DNA of 64,000 nucleotides from Lentimicrobiaceae bacterium (GTDB lineage Bacteria; Bacteroidota; Bacteroidia; Bacteroidales; UBA4417): NCBI GenBank assembly GCA_041660125.1, contig JBAZWY010000022.1, positions 2,035 to 66,034 of the forward strand, read 5' to 3'. Shown piece by piece: positions 9,980 to 17,766 of this stretch (position 1 is its first letter; each line of letters starts with the position of its first letter). The notes under the pieces were generated by a model. It saw only the letters and a program-made list of their open reading frames with translations, ran no database searches and was not told where the DNA came from. The position numbers and the translations under genes were made by a program.

Positions 9980-10813
9980 CTATTCATTTTTTACCAGGGC
10001 TGCCGCGCCAAGCAGGGCGATATTTTCAACTTTTGTTCTCAGTATTTTCAATTTTCTGAATGATTCGGGGAATTGAAAACCATTCATGCTTTCTTTCATC
10101 GAAGATTCAAAAAATGCATATGCTTTGGAAATGGAACCACCCAGTACAATGGCCTCCGGATCATAGGTATAAGCTACTGCTTTTATCACATTTCCAATAT
10201 GTATGCCATATTTATTCCAGATATCCAAGGCTTCCGTTGAGCCTTGTAATGCAGCCAGATGAGCATCAAGAGCGGTGGTTGAATACACAGATTCGAAGAA
10301 AGAACTGCTGGTATAAAACTCAAAGTTCTTATCGAGGTAGGGTAATGACCCAATTTCGCCGGCGCCGCAATTGTTTCCTGAATACAGTGCATTATGAATT
10401 ATAATACCTGCTCCTAATCCTGTTCCAATTGCTATTGCTACAAACGACGAGAATGATTTTGCCTCACCGTAGCGATGTTCGCCAAGTGCAAAACAATTTA
10501 CATCATTGTTGATACATACCGGGATATTAAATTCTGTTTCCAGGATTTTCTTCAGTTCCACCCTATGCCAGGAAGGAATATTTACCACATCGAAAACAAT
10601 TCCCTTGTCAATATCAACTACAGAAGGCACGCCGATTCCAATGCCTTTCACCCCGGGTGTAACCAGGGGGGCGATAGTAGAAATTAGCTGTGAAATGGTT
10701 TTATGCAGGGATTCCTTTTCAATTAACAGAGCCTGATTGATTGATGTAATAACATCCCCTTCAACCAGTCCTGCCCTGATATTTGTGCCACCAAGATCAA
10801 CGCCAATAATCAT
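9980..10813 (-). CDS. ROK-family sugar kinase (glucokinase or N-acetylglucosamine/glucosamine kinase candidate)
   Basis: The ORF spans 9980-10879. The likely start is MIIGVDLGGTNIRAG at 10813, which forms the ATP-binding DxGGT motif. The ROK signature region IGTGLGAGIIIHNALYSGNNCGAGEIGS is present. Confidence 0.85.
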   Translation of the reverse strand: MIIGVDLGGTNIRAGLVEGDVITSINQALLIEKESLHKTISQLISTIAPLVTPGVKGIGIGVPSVVDIDKGIVFDVVNIPSWHRVELKKILETEFNIPVCINNDVNCFALGEHRYGEAKSFSSFVAIAIGTGLGAGIIIHNALYSGNNCGAGEIGSLPYLDKNFEFYTSSSFFESVYSTTALDAHLAALQGSTEALDIWNKYGIHIGNVIKAVAYTYDPEAIVLGGSISKAYAFFESSMKESMNGFQFPESFRKLKILRTKVENIALLGAAALVKNE

Positions 10814-10892
10814 TTTAGTAAATTTAGGTGATGTAGAATTAAAAAATTTAAAGGATCTTAATGCAAAGCTATGTAACAAATGTAGAAATAAC

Positions 10893-10930
10893 GCAGGAAT
10901 ATGCGTATTTAAAACCTCGATTTGCGCAAA
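10893..10930 (-). promoter_or_regulatory. Operator copy A upstream of the ROK kinase (half-sites ATATGCGTA 10899-10907 and ATTTGCGCA 10920-10928)
   Basis: The sequence gcaggaatatgcgtatttaaaacctcgatttgcgcaaa matches copy B at 32 of 38 positions. The -7 box TAGCTTTG (minus strand, 10864-10871) lies 21 bp downstream. Confidence 0.5.
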
Positions 10931-10973
10931 AAGGGATTATCAAGGAGGATTTGAATCAGAAGAAACAAGAACT

Positions 10974-11002
10974 GGTTCCAGGTTCCAGGTGCCGGGTGCC
11001 GG
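10974..11002. repeat. Doubled-heptamer tandem repeat: ggttcca ggttcca ggtgccg ggtgccg
   Basis: Read directly from the sequence in the GH20/ROK intergenic spacer. Confidence 0.7.
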
Positions 11003-11125
11003 AAATACAGGCATTTGGAAATCTGACCAACAGCAAAATTAGTGTTTCCGTATGTCACCCTTCGCCCCATCGCTCTTCTCCCATCTTAAAGACAAAAGGT
11101 TCAATGTTAATTAAACCCGAACGAT

Positions 11126-12769
11126 TCAGTCGGCCCAAGCCGGTCGGCGATAGTGAATGTTTTGTGAGTTTAAATAATTGAAATGTGACTTCATCCTGAT
11201 CTGGAAGGAATACCAGTCTCTTGCCGGTGTCCAGCAAACTTCGGAAAGAGCCATTATTGCAGGAAAAACATGTTGTTCGAAAACAGCTTCGGATGGTATT
11301 TCTTCAGTCCAGACACAGCCCTGCATTCCCCGGACTTTGCTCATGACTGTAGCAGGATATAAATCAACCGGATTATAGGAATACAAATTTTGTAAATTCT
11401 CATCCGTACTCGGACTCGAAAGGTAGAATTTCGACCAGTCGGTGATGATAATCGGATTGCCATTGGCAGCCGAGCGTGCAGGTGAATCTGTTACCCAATC
11501 ACGCCAGTACATCATAGTAATTTTATTGTCAATCTTTCCGTCAATTGCATCATCCCAGGCAATAACCGTCTTACCTTTTGCCTGCAGGTGTTCCTGGAGT
11601 TTTCTGACGAAAAAATTCTGGATTTCCCTGGGATCCGTCATGCCATGTTCCTGCATAAATGCCTGGCATCCGGGCGAAGAAGTCCAAGTGCCATTTTCCA
11701 CTTCATCGCAACCGATGTGTACAATTTTTGAAGGAAAAAGGTCGGCTATTTCATCCCACACTTTGTAGGAAAAATCCAATACATCAGGCTTGCAGGGACA
11801 AATGGGAAAGGAAAACTCCGTTCCCCAACCGGCCGAATCGACACAAGAAAGCTGTGGATAGGCTCTTATGGCAGCCGACATATGACCCGGCATATCTATT
11901 TCGGGAACAACGTCAATATAATGCGCCGTGGCATAAGCAATAATTTCACGAATATCCTGCTTTGTATAAAAACCTCCATAGACTTTCTGTCCGTTTACCT
12001 CTTTAATAAAACGCGGATCAATCGTATAGTCAGAATCCGTTTTGGCAAATTGCATGCAAGTGGAATCCAAATTATTGAACGTACGCCATGCGCCAATTTC
12101 GGTAAGTAACGGAAACTGATCAATTTGAATCCGCCAGCCCTGGTCATCAGTTAAATGTAGCTGTAGTTTGTTGAATTTATAATAAGCCAGCCAGTCGATA
12201 AGTTTCAGGATATATTCTTTGGTGAAAAAGTGCCTCGAAACATCCAGGTGGAATCCGCGCCAGGCATAACCCGGTTTATCCTTTATTGTCATAAAGCGAA
12301 GGGTGAAAGAATGTGTTTTCTGCCCCAAAGTGGAATTCCAGATCATTTGCCTTATTGATTGTGCGGCATAATAAGCACTTTCCGGGCTTTTAGCTTTTAC
12401 ATTAATTCCTTTTTCTGTAACTTCAATCTGATATGCACTGGTATCCAAGGTATTATCTATTGAGAATTGGATATTAGTCTTGCCTATTGGGGAATCATTT
12501 TTAGTAATCGGTGAACTAAGAACTACGGCAAGAGCATTTTCAACAACAGTAATAGCTGTCAGAAATTGTGAATTGTTTACCAGAACGATATTTTTATCGA
12601 TGGCGAGATTGCCATCGGCCAGGTTAACATTTAACGGAAGTGGAATAATGCCATGAACATTAACGGTTTGTGCCTGTGGATTTTCACCGGTCTTTTTACA
12701 TGAAGGAGACAGGAACAGGCAAAGTATGATACTTGCGACCCCTATATTTTTTATATAGATGCTTTTCAT
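11126..12769 (-). CDS. Beta-N-acetylhexosaminidase, glycoside hydrolase family 20 (lipoprotein)
   Basis: 547 aa. A lipoprotein signal is present (LFLSPSCKK). GH20 catalytic-domain motifs are present: RGFHLDVSRHFF, LHLTDDQGWR and HIGCDEV, the last holding the catalytic Asp-Glu pair. Confidence 0.9.
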   Translation of the reverse strand: MKSIYIKNIGVASIILCLFLSPSCKKTGENPQAQTVNVHGIIPLPLNVNLADGNLAIDKNIVLVNNSQFLTAITVVENALAVVLSSPITKNDSPIGKTNIQFSIDNTLDTSAYQIEVTEKGINVKAKSPESAYYAAQSIRQMIWNSTLGQKTHSFTLRFMTIKDKPGYAWRGFHLDVSRHFFTKEYILKLIDWLAYYKFNKLQLHLTDDQGWRIQIDQFPLLTEIGAWRTFNNLDSTCMQFAKTDSDYTIDPRFIKEVNGQKVYGGFYTKQDIREIIAYATAHYIDVVPEIDMPGHMSAAIRAYPQLSCVDSAGWGTEFSFPICPCKPDVLDFSYKVWDEIADLFPSKIVHIGCDEVENGTWTSSPGCQAFMQEHGMTDPREIQNFFVRKLQEHLQAKGKTVIAWDDAIDGKIDNKITMMYWRDWVTDSPARSAANGNPIIITDWSKFYLSSPSTDENLQNLYSYNPVDLYPATVMSKVRGMQGCVWTEEIPSEAVFEQHVFPAIMALSEVCWTPARDWYSFQIRMKSHFNYLNSQNIHYRRPAWAD

Positions 12770-12844
12770 GAAATATCGTTTTGTTCGTAGATGGAAAATG
12801 ATCCTGAAACTAGCACAAAGTTAACCTGCAAAACAAATCAAAGT

Positions 12845-12882
12845 GCAGGAATATGCGCATTAAAAACTTCTATTTACGCAAT
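12845..12882 (-). promoter_or_regulatory. Operator copy B upstream of GH20 (half-sites ATATGCGCA 12851-12859 and ATTTACGCA 12872-12880)
   Basis: The sequence is gcaggaatatgcgcattaaaaacttctatttacgcaat. The -7 box TAACTTTG (minus strand, 12816-12823) lies 21 bp downstream. Confidence 0.5.
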
Positions 12883-13011
12883 TTAGGTTCAATCCGAATG
12901 AACGAATTCAAATTCAAGAATCCTTTCAAGCCCCAAAACCTGACATTAACTATGTACAACCATCAACCCATCAACATTTAAACCGATCAACCGCTAGTAC
13001 CCCAATCCCTT

Positions 13012-13902
13012 CTAAATAAATCTCCTTTTCACAAAATCCTTCAGCCTGGCAAGGGTTTCCTGCTTATGATCCCAATCTGAGTTTTGATATTTATGCAATA
13101 TCCAGTAAGCCTGATCTATATGAACAGCTTTGTTGACCCGGGTAATGGCTTCCTCGTAAAGTTCTATATTGTTGCCAAACAATTCGCTTATAAAGTTGAA
13201 CTTATCGTTAAGCCCGATGCCTGTCGAAAGGTCAGCAATTGGCTGAAAAAGCAGGCGCGAACCCACCACTCCCTGTGCAGGAACCGATGACAAGGTTTCA
13301 CTCAACGATTTGTTGCTTGTATTGAATTTATCGGCCAGCATTGCATTTGAAGTTTCAGGGGTGTCGGTGTGAATCGAATTGTGTGCTGTGTCCTGAACAG
13401 GTTTTTCAACATTATGTACTTCAACTTCAGTTTTAGCCTGACTTTCAGACAATGGATCATGAATTTGTGAGGTAGAAGATAGATTTCCCGCTTCTTCACT
13501 GGCAGTCCGTATTGGTGCAACAACTTGTTCTGGAACTGGTTTAGGATCCCGTGTAACTTCAGCTTTGCCTTCGGGCTCCGGTTCTGGTTGAAATGTTGCA
13601 GTTGTTGCATCAGGTTTGGGAACATACGCTTCACTGTGAAGCGGTGGTGCTTCCGGTCTATGCTGTTGGGCTGAAGGTACATGTGTATTTACCGAAACCT
13701 CTGGTTTATTTGAGGTATGTTGAAGTGTGAGGTTTATCTGGCCAATTGTTTTAAAAGCATCGTAGAGCTTTCGCAGATCGTCGAGCATCAGATCAAGTTC
13801 CAACTGCGAGACATTTCCTGCCGGAAGGTATAATTGGTTGTACCTCGCTACTACTTTCCGGATCAGGTCGTCAGCATCGTGGGTTAATCGGTTTAAATCC
13901 AT
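13012..13902 (-). CDS. Hypothetical protein with a Pro/Glu/Thr-rich central linker
   Basis: The ORF spans 13012-13959. I prefer the ATG at 13902 (MDLNRLTHDADD...) because the upstream extension runs through intergenic repeat words. I did not recognise any family. Confidence 0.45.
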   Translation of the reverse strand: MDLNRLTHDADDLIRKVVARYNQLYLPAGNVSQLELDLMLDDLRKLYDAFKTIGQINLTLQHTSNKPEVSVNTHVPSAQQHRPEAPPLHSEAYVPKPDATTATFQPEPEPEGKAEVTRDPKPVPEQVVAPIRTASEEAGNLSSTSQIHDPLSESQAKTEVEVHNVEKPVQDTAHNSIHTDTPETSNAMLADKFNTSNKSLSETLSSVPAQGVVGSRLLFQPIADLSTGIGLNDKFNFISELFGNNIELYEEAITRVNKAVHIDQAYWILHKYQNSDWDHKQETLARLKDFVKRRFI

Positions 13903-13910
13903 GGTTTGGT

Positions 13911-14022
13911 GATAGTTAATGGTTAATGGAAAATGGTTCCTTTCGACTACCACCGCCACTGGCGGGGCAGGCTGCTCAGGGTAAAAATGACAAAGGGTTA
14001 ATCGTTAATCGTTATTTGTTAA
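13911..14022. repeat. Intergenic word-stutter element (gttaat/ggaaaat words plus the shared box GGTTCCTTTCGACTAC...GCTCAGGGTAAAAATG)
   Basis: It reads gatagttaatggttaatggaaaatggttcctttcgactac[caccgccactggcggggcaggct]gctcagggtaaaaatga...gttaatcgttaatcgtt. The box recurs at 26947-26979. Confidence 0.55.
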
Positions 14023-14265
14023 CAGGATTTGAAATTCACGAAGTATTAAATTCGATAAGCTCGTTTGCAGGTCCCTGATTCTGTTTCCTGGTTGGATTTA
14101 CTATTTATTAACTTGTAAGATGTTGAGAACAGGAATACTGCCTGGTTTTTGTTGAAAGATTTTATGTTTTAACATAGATGCTGATTCTAAAGAAATACAT
14201 TTAATTCATTAAGTTTGCATTTCTAACCGAGTGATAAAATTAGCAAAGAATAAACTACGCAGCAT

Positions 14266-14856
14266 ATGTTTCTTGAAAAATCCACTAACAATCCATCACA
14301 AGGCAGAGGCTGGATCGAAGTTATTGTCGGTTCCATGTTCTCCGGGAAAACCGAAGAACTGATCCGAAGGCTTACTCGTGCGCGCATTGCCAGGCAAAAA
14401 GTGGAAATATTCAAGCCTGAAATTGATAAACGTTATGATGAAACAAATGTTGTTTCGCATAACGATAATAGTATTCGTTCAATTCCGGTTCAGAATGCAT
14501 CACAGATACTGCTTTATATTGATGGTATGGATGTGGTGGGCATTGATGAAGCCCAGTTCCTGGATGATGACCTTCCGGCTGTATGCAATTATATTGCCAA
14601 CCAGGGTATAAGGGTGATTGTTGCCGGGTTGGATATGGACTTCCAGGGGAAGCCTTTCGGACCTATACCGGCACTAATGGCAACAGCCGAATATGTAACA
14701 AAAGTTCATGCAATCTGTATGCGCTGCGGCGACCTGGCACATTATTCGCATCGTACTGTTGCCAGCGAAAAATTGGTGTTGTTGGGCGAAAAGGATAATT
14801 ATGAACCTCTTTGCCGGAAGTGTTATAGGGATTCAATGACTGGGTTTAAAGATTAA
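14266..14856 (+). CDS. tdk: Thymidine kinase
   Basis: 196 aa. The P-loop [12 protein letters not shown], the IDEAQF motif and a C-terminal Cys-rich zinc ribbon (CMRCG...CRKC) are present. Confidence 0.9.
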   Translation: MFLEKSTNNPSQGRGWIEVIVGSMFSGKTEELIRRLTRARIARQKVEIFKPEIDKRYDETNVVSHNDNSIRSIPVQNASQILLYIDGMDVVGIDEAQFLDDDLPAVCNYIANQGIRVIVAGLDMDFQGKPFGPIPALMATAEYVTKVHAICMRCGDLAHYSHRTVASEKLVLLGEKDNYEPLCRKCYRDSMTGFKD

Positions 14857-14954
14857 TTCAGTTATTGCCAGGTAGATATAATAGATAGAATAAATTAAAA
14901 CCATTAAATTTCATCCGCCGCGGCGGGACAAATTCCCGACATAAATTATTTCCA

Positions 14955-15776
14955 ATGAAGAATAGATTTTTCATCTCCATCCTGATCGTTTTACTGGCAG
15001 CCTGTACCTCCAGGCCCAAGGAAACATTAGTCAACATTTCAACTCCTTATGGCAATATTGTAGTAAAATTATACGATAGTACCGCCAGGCATAAAGAGAA
15101 CTTTATAAAACTTGCAAAAGCCGGGTATTTTAATGGAACTTTGTTTCACCGGGTTATCCGTAATTTCATGATCCAGGGTGGTGATCCGACTTCGCGTAAT
15201 GCCAAACCCGGTGTTAAACTCGGCGAAGGCGATACCAATTACACTATTCCCTTCGAATATTTTCCTTCGTACCTGCATAAACGTGGAGCTTTCGCTGCCG
15301 CCCGCGAAAGCGATGATTTGAATCCGTCAAAAGCTTCATCAGCATCTCAATTCTACATCGTGCAAGGCAAGGTATTTACCAATGACGAACTTGATGCAGT
15401 GGAACTCAAAGTGGAACGTCGCACCAAGCAATATATTATGATGGACCTGATGAAAAAGGATGGCAAAGAAGATGAACTGAAAGATTTCAGACTATATGTT
15501 GAACAACGAGATACTGCCAATATAAGAAAGGTTATCGAAAAATACCGTAATGCCATTGAAGCCCAATATCTGCGAACCAAACCGTTTAAAATTACTGATG
15601 AACAACGACGCGTTTACACCACTATTGGCGGGACACCTCACCTCGATGGATCTTACACCGTTTTCGGTGAAGTGGTAAGTGGTATGGATGTTGTTGATAA
15701 AATTGCAGCCAACCAAACGGATGCTAACGACCGACCATTAATAGACATTCCAATGACAATTAAAGTGATTAAGTGA
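14955..15776 (+). CDS. Cyclophilin-type peptidyl-prolyl cis-trans isomerase (lipoprotein, with a helical insertion)
   Basis: The signal and lipobox are LLAACTS. Cyclophilin motifs are present: FHRVIRNFMIQGGDP, SQFYIV and YTVFGEVVSGMDVVDKI. Confidence 0.9.
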   Translation: MKNRFFISILIVLLAACTSRPKETLVNISTPYGNIVVKLYDSTARHKENFIKLAKAGYFNGTLFHRVIRNFMIQGGDPTSRNAKPGVKLGEGDTNYTIPFEYFPSYLHKRGAFAAARESDDLNPSKASSASQFYIVQGKVFTNDELDAVELKVERRTKQYIMMDLMKKDGKEDELKDFRLYVEQRDTANIRKVIEKYRNAIEAQYLRTKPFKITDEQRRVYTTIGGTPHLDGSYTVFGEVVSGMDVVDKIAANQTDANDRPLIDIPMTIKVIK

Positions 15777-15907
15777 ATTAGAAAGAACTTCGCCTTGTTA
15801 CTCCTCGCCTTGCTGCCATTTTCTTTTTCGCCCTTTCTTTCAATACGCTGCAAAACAAAATAAATCAGCAAATATCACGTTTAAAACACTTAATCAAACT
15901 AAGTAAA

Positions 15908-16534
15908 ATGAAACGCTCGATCTTTTTAACATTAACACTTACTTTCTTTATTATTATGGAACTCGACGCTCAGAAAATGACCAACGTGCTCATACACACC
16001 GATATGGGTGATATTAAGCTATCACTTTACAACGACACGCCCAAACATCGCGATAATTTCATAAAACTTGTCAAAGCAGGCTTTTACAACGGATCAATCT
16101 TTCACCGCGTTATCAAAGGTTTTATGGTTCAGGGTGGTGGCGCTCCGGCAGGATTACCCGAAATGAGTGACAGGGTTCCGGCAGAATTTAGACCAGGTCA
16201 TATTCACAAAAAAGGTGCATTGTGTGCAGCCCGCATGGGCGACCAGATGAATCCGAAAAAAGAATCATCCGGCTCACAATTCTATATTGTTCAGGGTGAT
16301 AAAGTTACTGCTGAACAACTCAATCATTATGATCAAAAGCGTGCTGTAAAATATACTCCTGAGCAAAGAACTATTTATACAACCCTTGGAGGAACTCCGT
16401 TTCTTGACGGTGATTATACCGTATTTGGTGAAGTGACTGAAGGTATGGATGTAATTGACAAAATTGCTGCCGTTCAAACCGGCACCGGCGACAAACCGGT
16501 GAAAGAAATTAAAATGACGATGAAAGTGTTGTAA
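15908..16534 (+). CDS. Cyclophilin-type peptidyl-prolyl cis-trans isomerase (secreted)
   Basis: A signal peptide is present. Motifs FHRVIKGFMVQGG, SQFYIVQG and YTVFGEVTEGMDVIDKI are present. It is a tandem paralog of the preceding gene. Confidence 0.9.
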   Translation: MKRSIFLTLTLTFFIIMELDAQKMTNVLIHTDMGDIKLSLYNDTPKHRDNFIKLVKAGFYNGSIFHRVIKGFMVQGGGAPAGLPEMSDRVPAEFRPGHIHKKGALCAARMGDQMNPKKESSGSQFYIVQGDKVTAEQLNHYDQKRAVKYTPEQRTIYTTLGGTPFLDGDYTVFGEVTEGMDVIDKIAAVQTGTGDKPVKEIKMTMKVL

Positions 16535-16562
16535 GAAAGATAAGTTTTTTTACAAGATAAAA

Positions 16563-16593
16563 GGATCCGGACTTTAGAGCCCGGATTTTTTTT
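16563..16593 (+). terminator. Rho-independent terminator after the second cyclophilin gene
   Basis: The stem ATCCGG...CCGGAT is followed by a run of eight T, 29 nt after the stop codon. Confidence 0.7.
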
Positions 16594-16638
16594 GTACTGG
16601 ATAGAGTGGGTATATTGCCATATAAATGGCAATAAGCT

Positions 16639-16725
16639 TCCCGGCACCGGATCATAAAACCTAGCCCCGTAATCCAATCACCCCAAGCCCATCTCATCCT
16701 GCATCATCTTGCCGTTGTAAAGTTA
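16639..16725 (-). pseudogene. Decayed remnant of an RHS/YD repeat-associated core domain
   Basis: The minus-strand frame reads SSPNE*LYNGKMMQDEMGLG*LDYGARFYDPVPGS, with in-frame TAA (16723-16725) and TGA (16678-16680). This matches the Rhs core consensus (YxYNGKELQdElGL..YDYGARfYDP..GR). It is truncated after the DPxxG motif. Confidence 0.55.
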
Positions 16726-16834
16726 CTCATTGGGGCTGGATGTGGCGCTGCCGTTTGCGGTTAAACTTATACTATTCATGCCAAAGGATGACACTTATTT
16801 GTTTTATGGAAGACTATGGACAGTGGGGGTTGTA

Positions 16835-17146
16835 CTATTCAAGCTCTATACTCTCCTTTATCATCTCGTTTATAAAACCATCTCCATTTTTGTAATAACT
16901 TGTTGGGTAAGGATGTGTTTCAATAAGTGGATATTTGATATTAATTTTCGAATATAGTTTTAAATTATCAAAAATATTATCATTGAACTGGTCCGAAACC
17001 ATTAATAAGTCAATATCCGACCATTCATGTAAATTGCCTTTTACAACTGATCCGAAAATAAACACTTTGTAGAAAGTTAATCCATTAGTTTTGCAATCAC
17101 TGATAAATGATTTAGCTGTATCTATTGCAATTTCCCGAGTAACCAT
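16835..17146 (-). CDS. Minimal nucleotidyltransferase (MNT) domain protein, putative antitoxin of a HEPN-MNT pair
   Basis: 103 aa. The motif IFGSVVKGNLHEWSDIDLLMV is the GS-x(n)-DxD polymerase-beta-type NTase signature. Confidence 0.8.
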   Translation of the reverse strand: MVTREIAIDTAKSFISDCKTNGLTFYKVFIFGSVVKGNLHEWSDIDLLMVSDQFNDNIFDNLKLYSKINIKYPLIETHPYPTSYYKNGDGFINEMIKESIELE

Positions 17147-17517
17147 ATCCGAATTTTATTAGTTGAGTCTATCATAGATTTTGTAAATGTCTCATTACAA
17201 ATATTATGCATTTTTGTTAAATATTCAGGGTAGCGTCCTTCTAACTGAAATCGATTCAGATTCAACAGAAACTCGCTCTTATCATTTGCCACTTCAATTG
17301 GTGTTGCTGATAGTAAATGGATTAGGTTATGCGTCCTGGGCGGAATGTTTTCACTATTGTGTTTTATCCATAAAGACTTACATAATTTTTCAACCACGAG
17401 ATGGGCAAAAAACAGTGATTGCAAATAATTTTTACCATTATACAAGGTGAAAACAGCTTTCCAATCGTCTTCCGCTTGTTCTATCCAAAAATCAATATGT
17501 TCGTCTTTCGTTTTCAT
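17122..17517 (-). CDS. HEPN domain protein, putative toxin of a HEPN-MNT pair
   Basis: 131 aa and all-helical. The Rx4-6H motif is present as PPRTHNLIHLL. The gene overlaps the downstream MNT gene by 25 nt. Confidence 0.8.
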   Translation of the reverse strand: MKTKDEHIDFWIEQAEDDWKAVFTLYNGKNYLQSLFFAHLVVEKLCKSLWIKHNSENIPPRTHNLIHLLSATPIEVANDKSEFLLNLNRFQLEGRYPEYLTKMHNICNETFTKSMIDSTNKIRIWLLGKLQ

Positions 17518-17766
17518 GTATCAAAAGTAGCTCATTTTGAGAAAATATCATATTAGTTCTTGCAAAATTCGAAAATACCTATATTCATAACCTAACCCGT
17601 AGGCTGGGAAAGAAAAGTCAGCAAGCATCTCATAAAATGGTCTGGATATTTGGTTATAATATCATTTATCTGACGTTCTTTCGAATGAAGCAAGAAAAAT
17701 TAAAAATCTTTTCCGACCTTTGCACTATCTACATACTTGCTGTGTGGCATTTGTAAATTATACCGT

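Noticed and set aside
10737-11237. ORFs of 101, 106 and 60 aa spanning the ROK/GH20 spacer.
   Set aside because: They run through the operator motif, the doubled-heptamer repeat and the G-rich word. They also overlap the ends of well-supported genes on the opposite strand, so they are most likely non-coding.
13302-13682. A 126-aa alternative-frame ORF inside the hypothetical gene 13012-13902.
   Set aside because: It is on the same strand but in a different frame, and it sits within the low-complexity Pro/Glu-rich linker region. The longer frame has better-looking N- and C-terminal domains.
16474-16697. Two overlapping 62-67-aa minus-strand ORFs (MDYGARFYDP..., MRWAWGDW...).
   Set aside because: They are not genes. 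The first is the tail of the decayed Rhs-core remnant, initiated at TTG directly after an in-frame TGA. Both run through the cyclophilin terminator hairpin.
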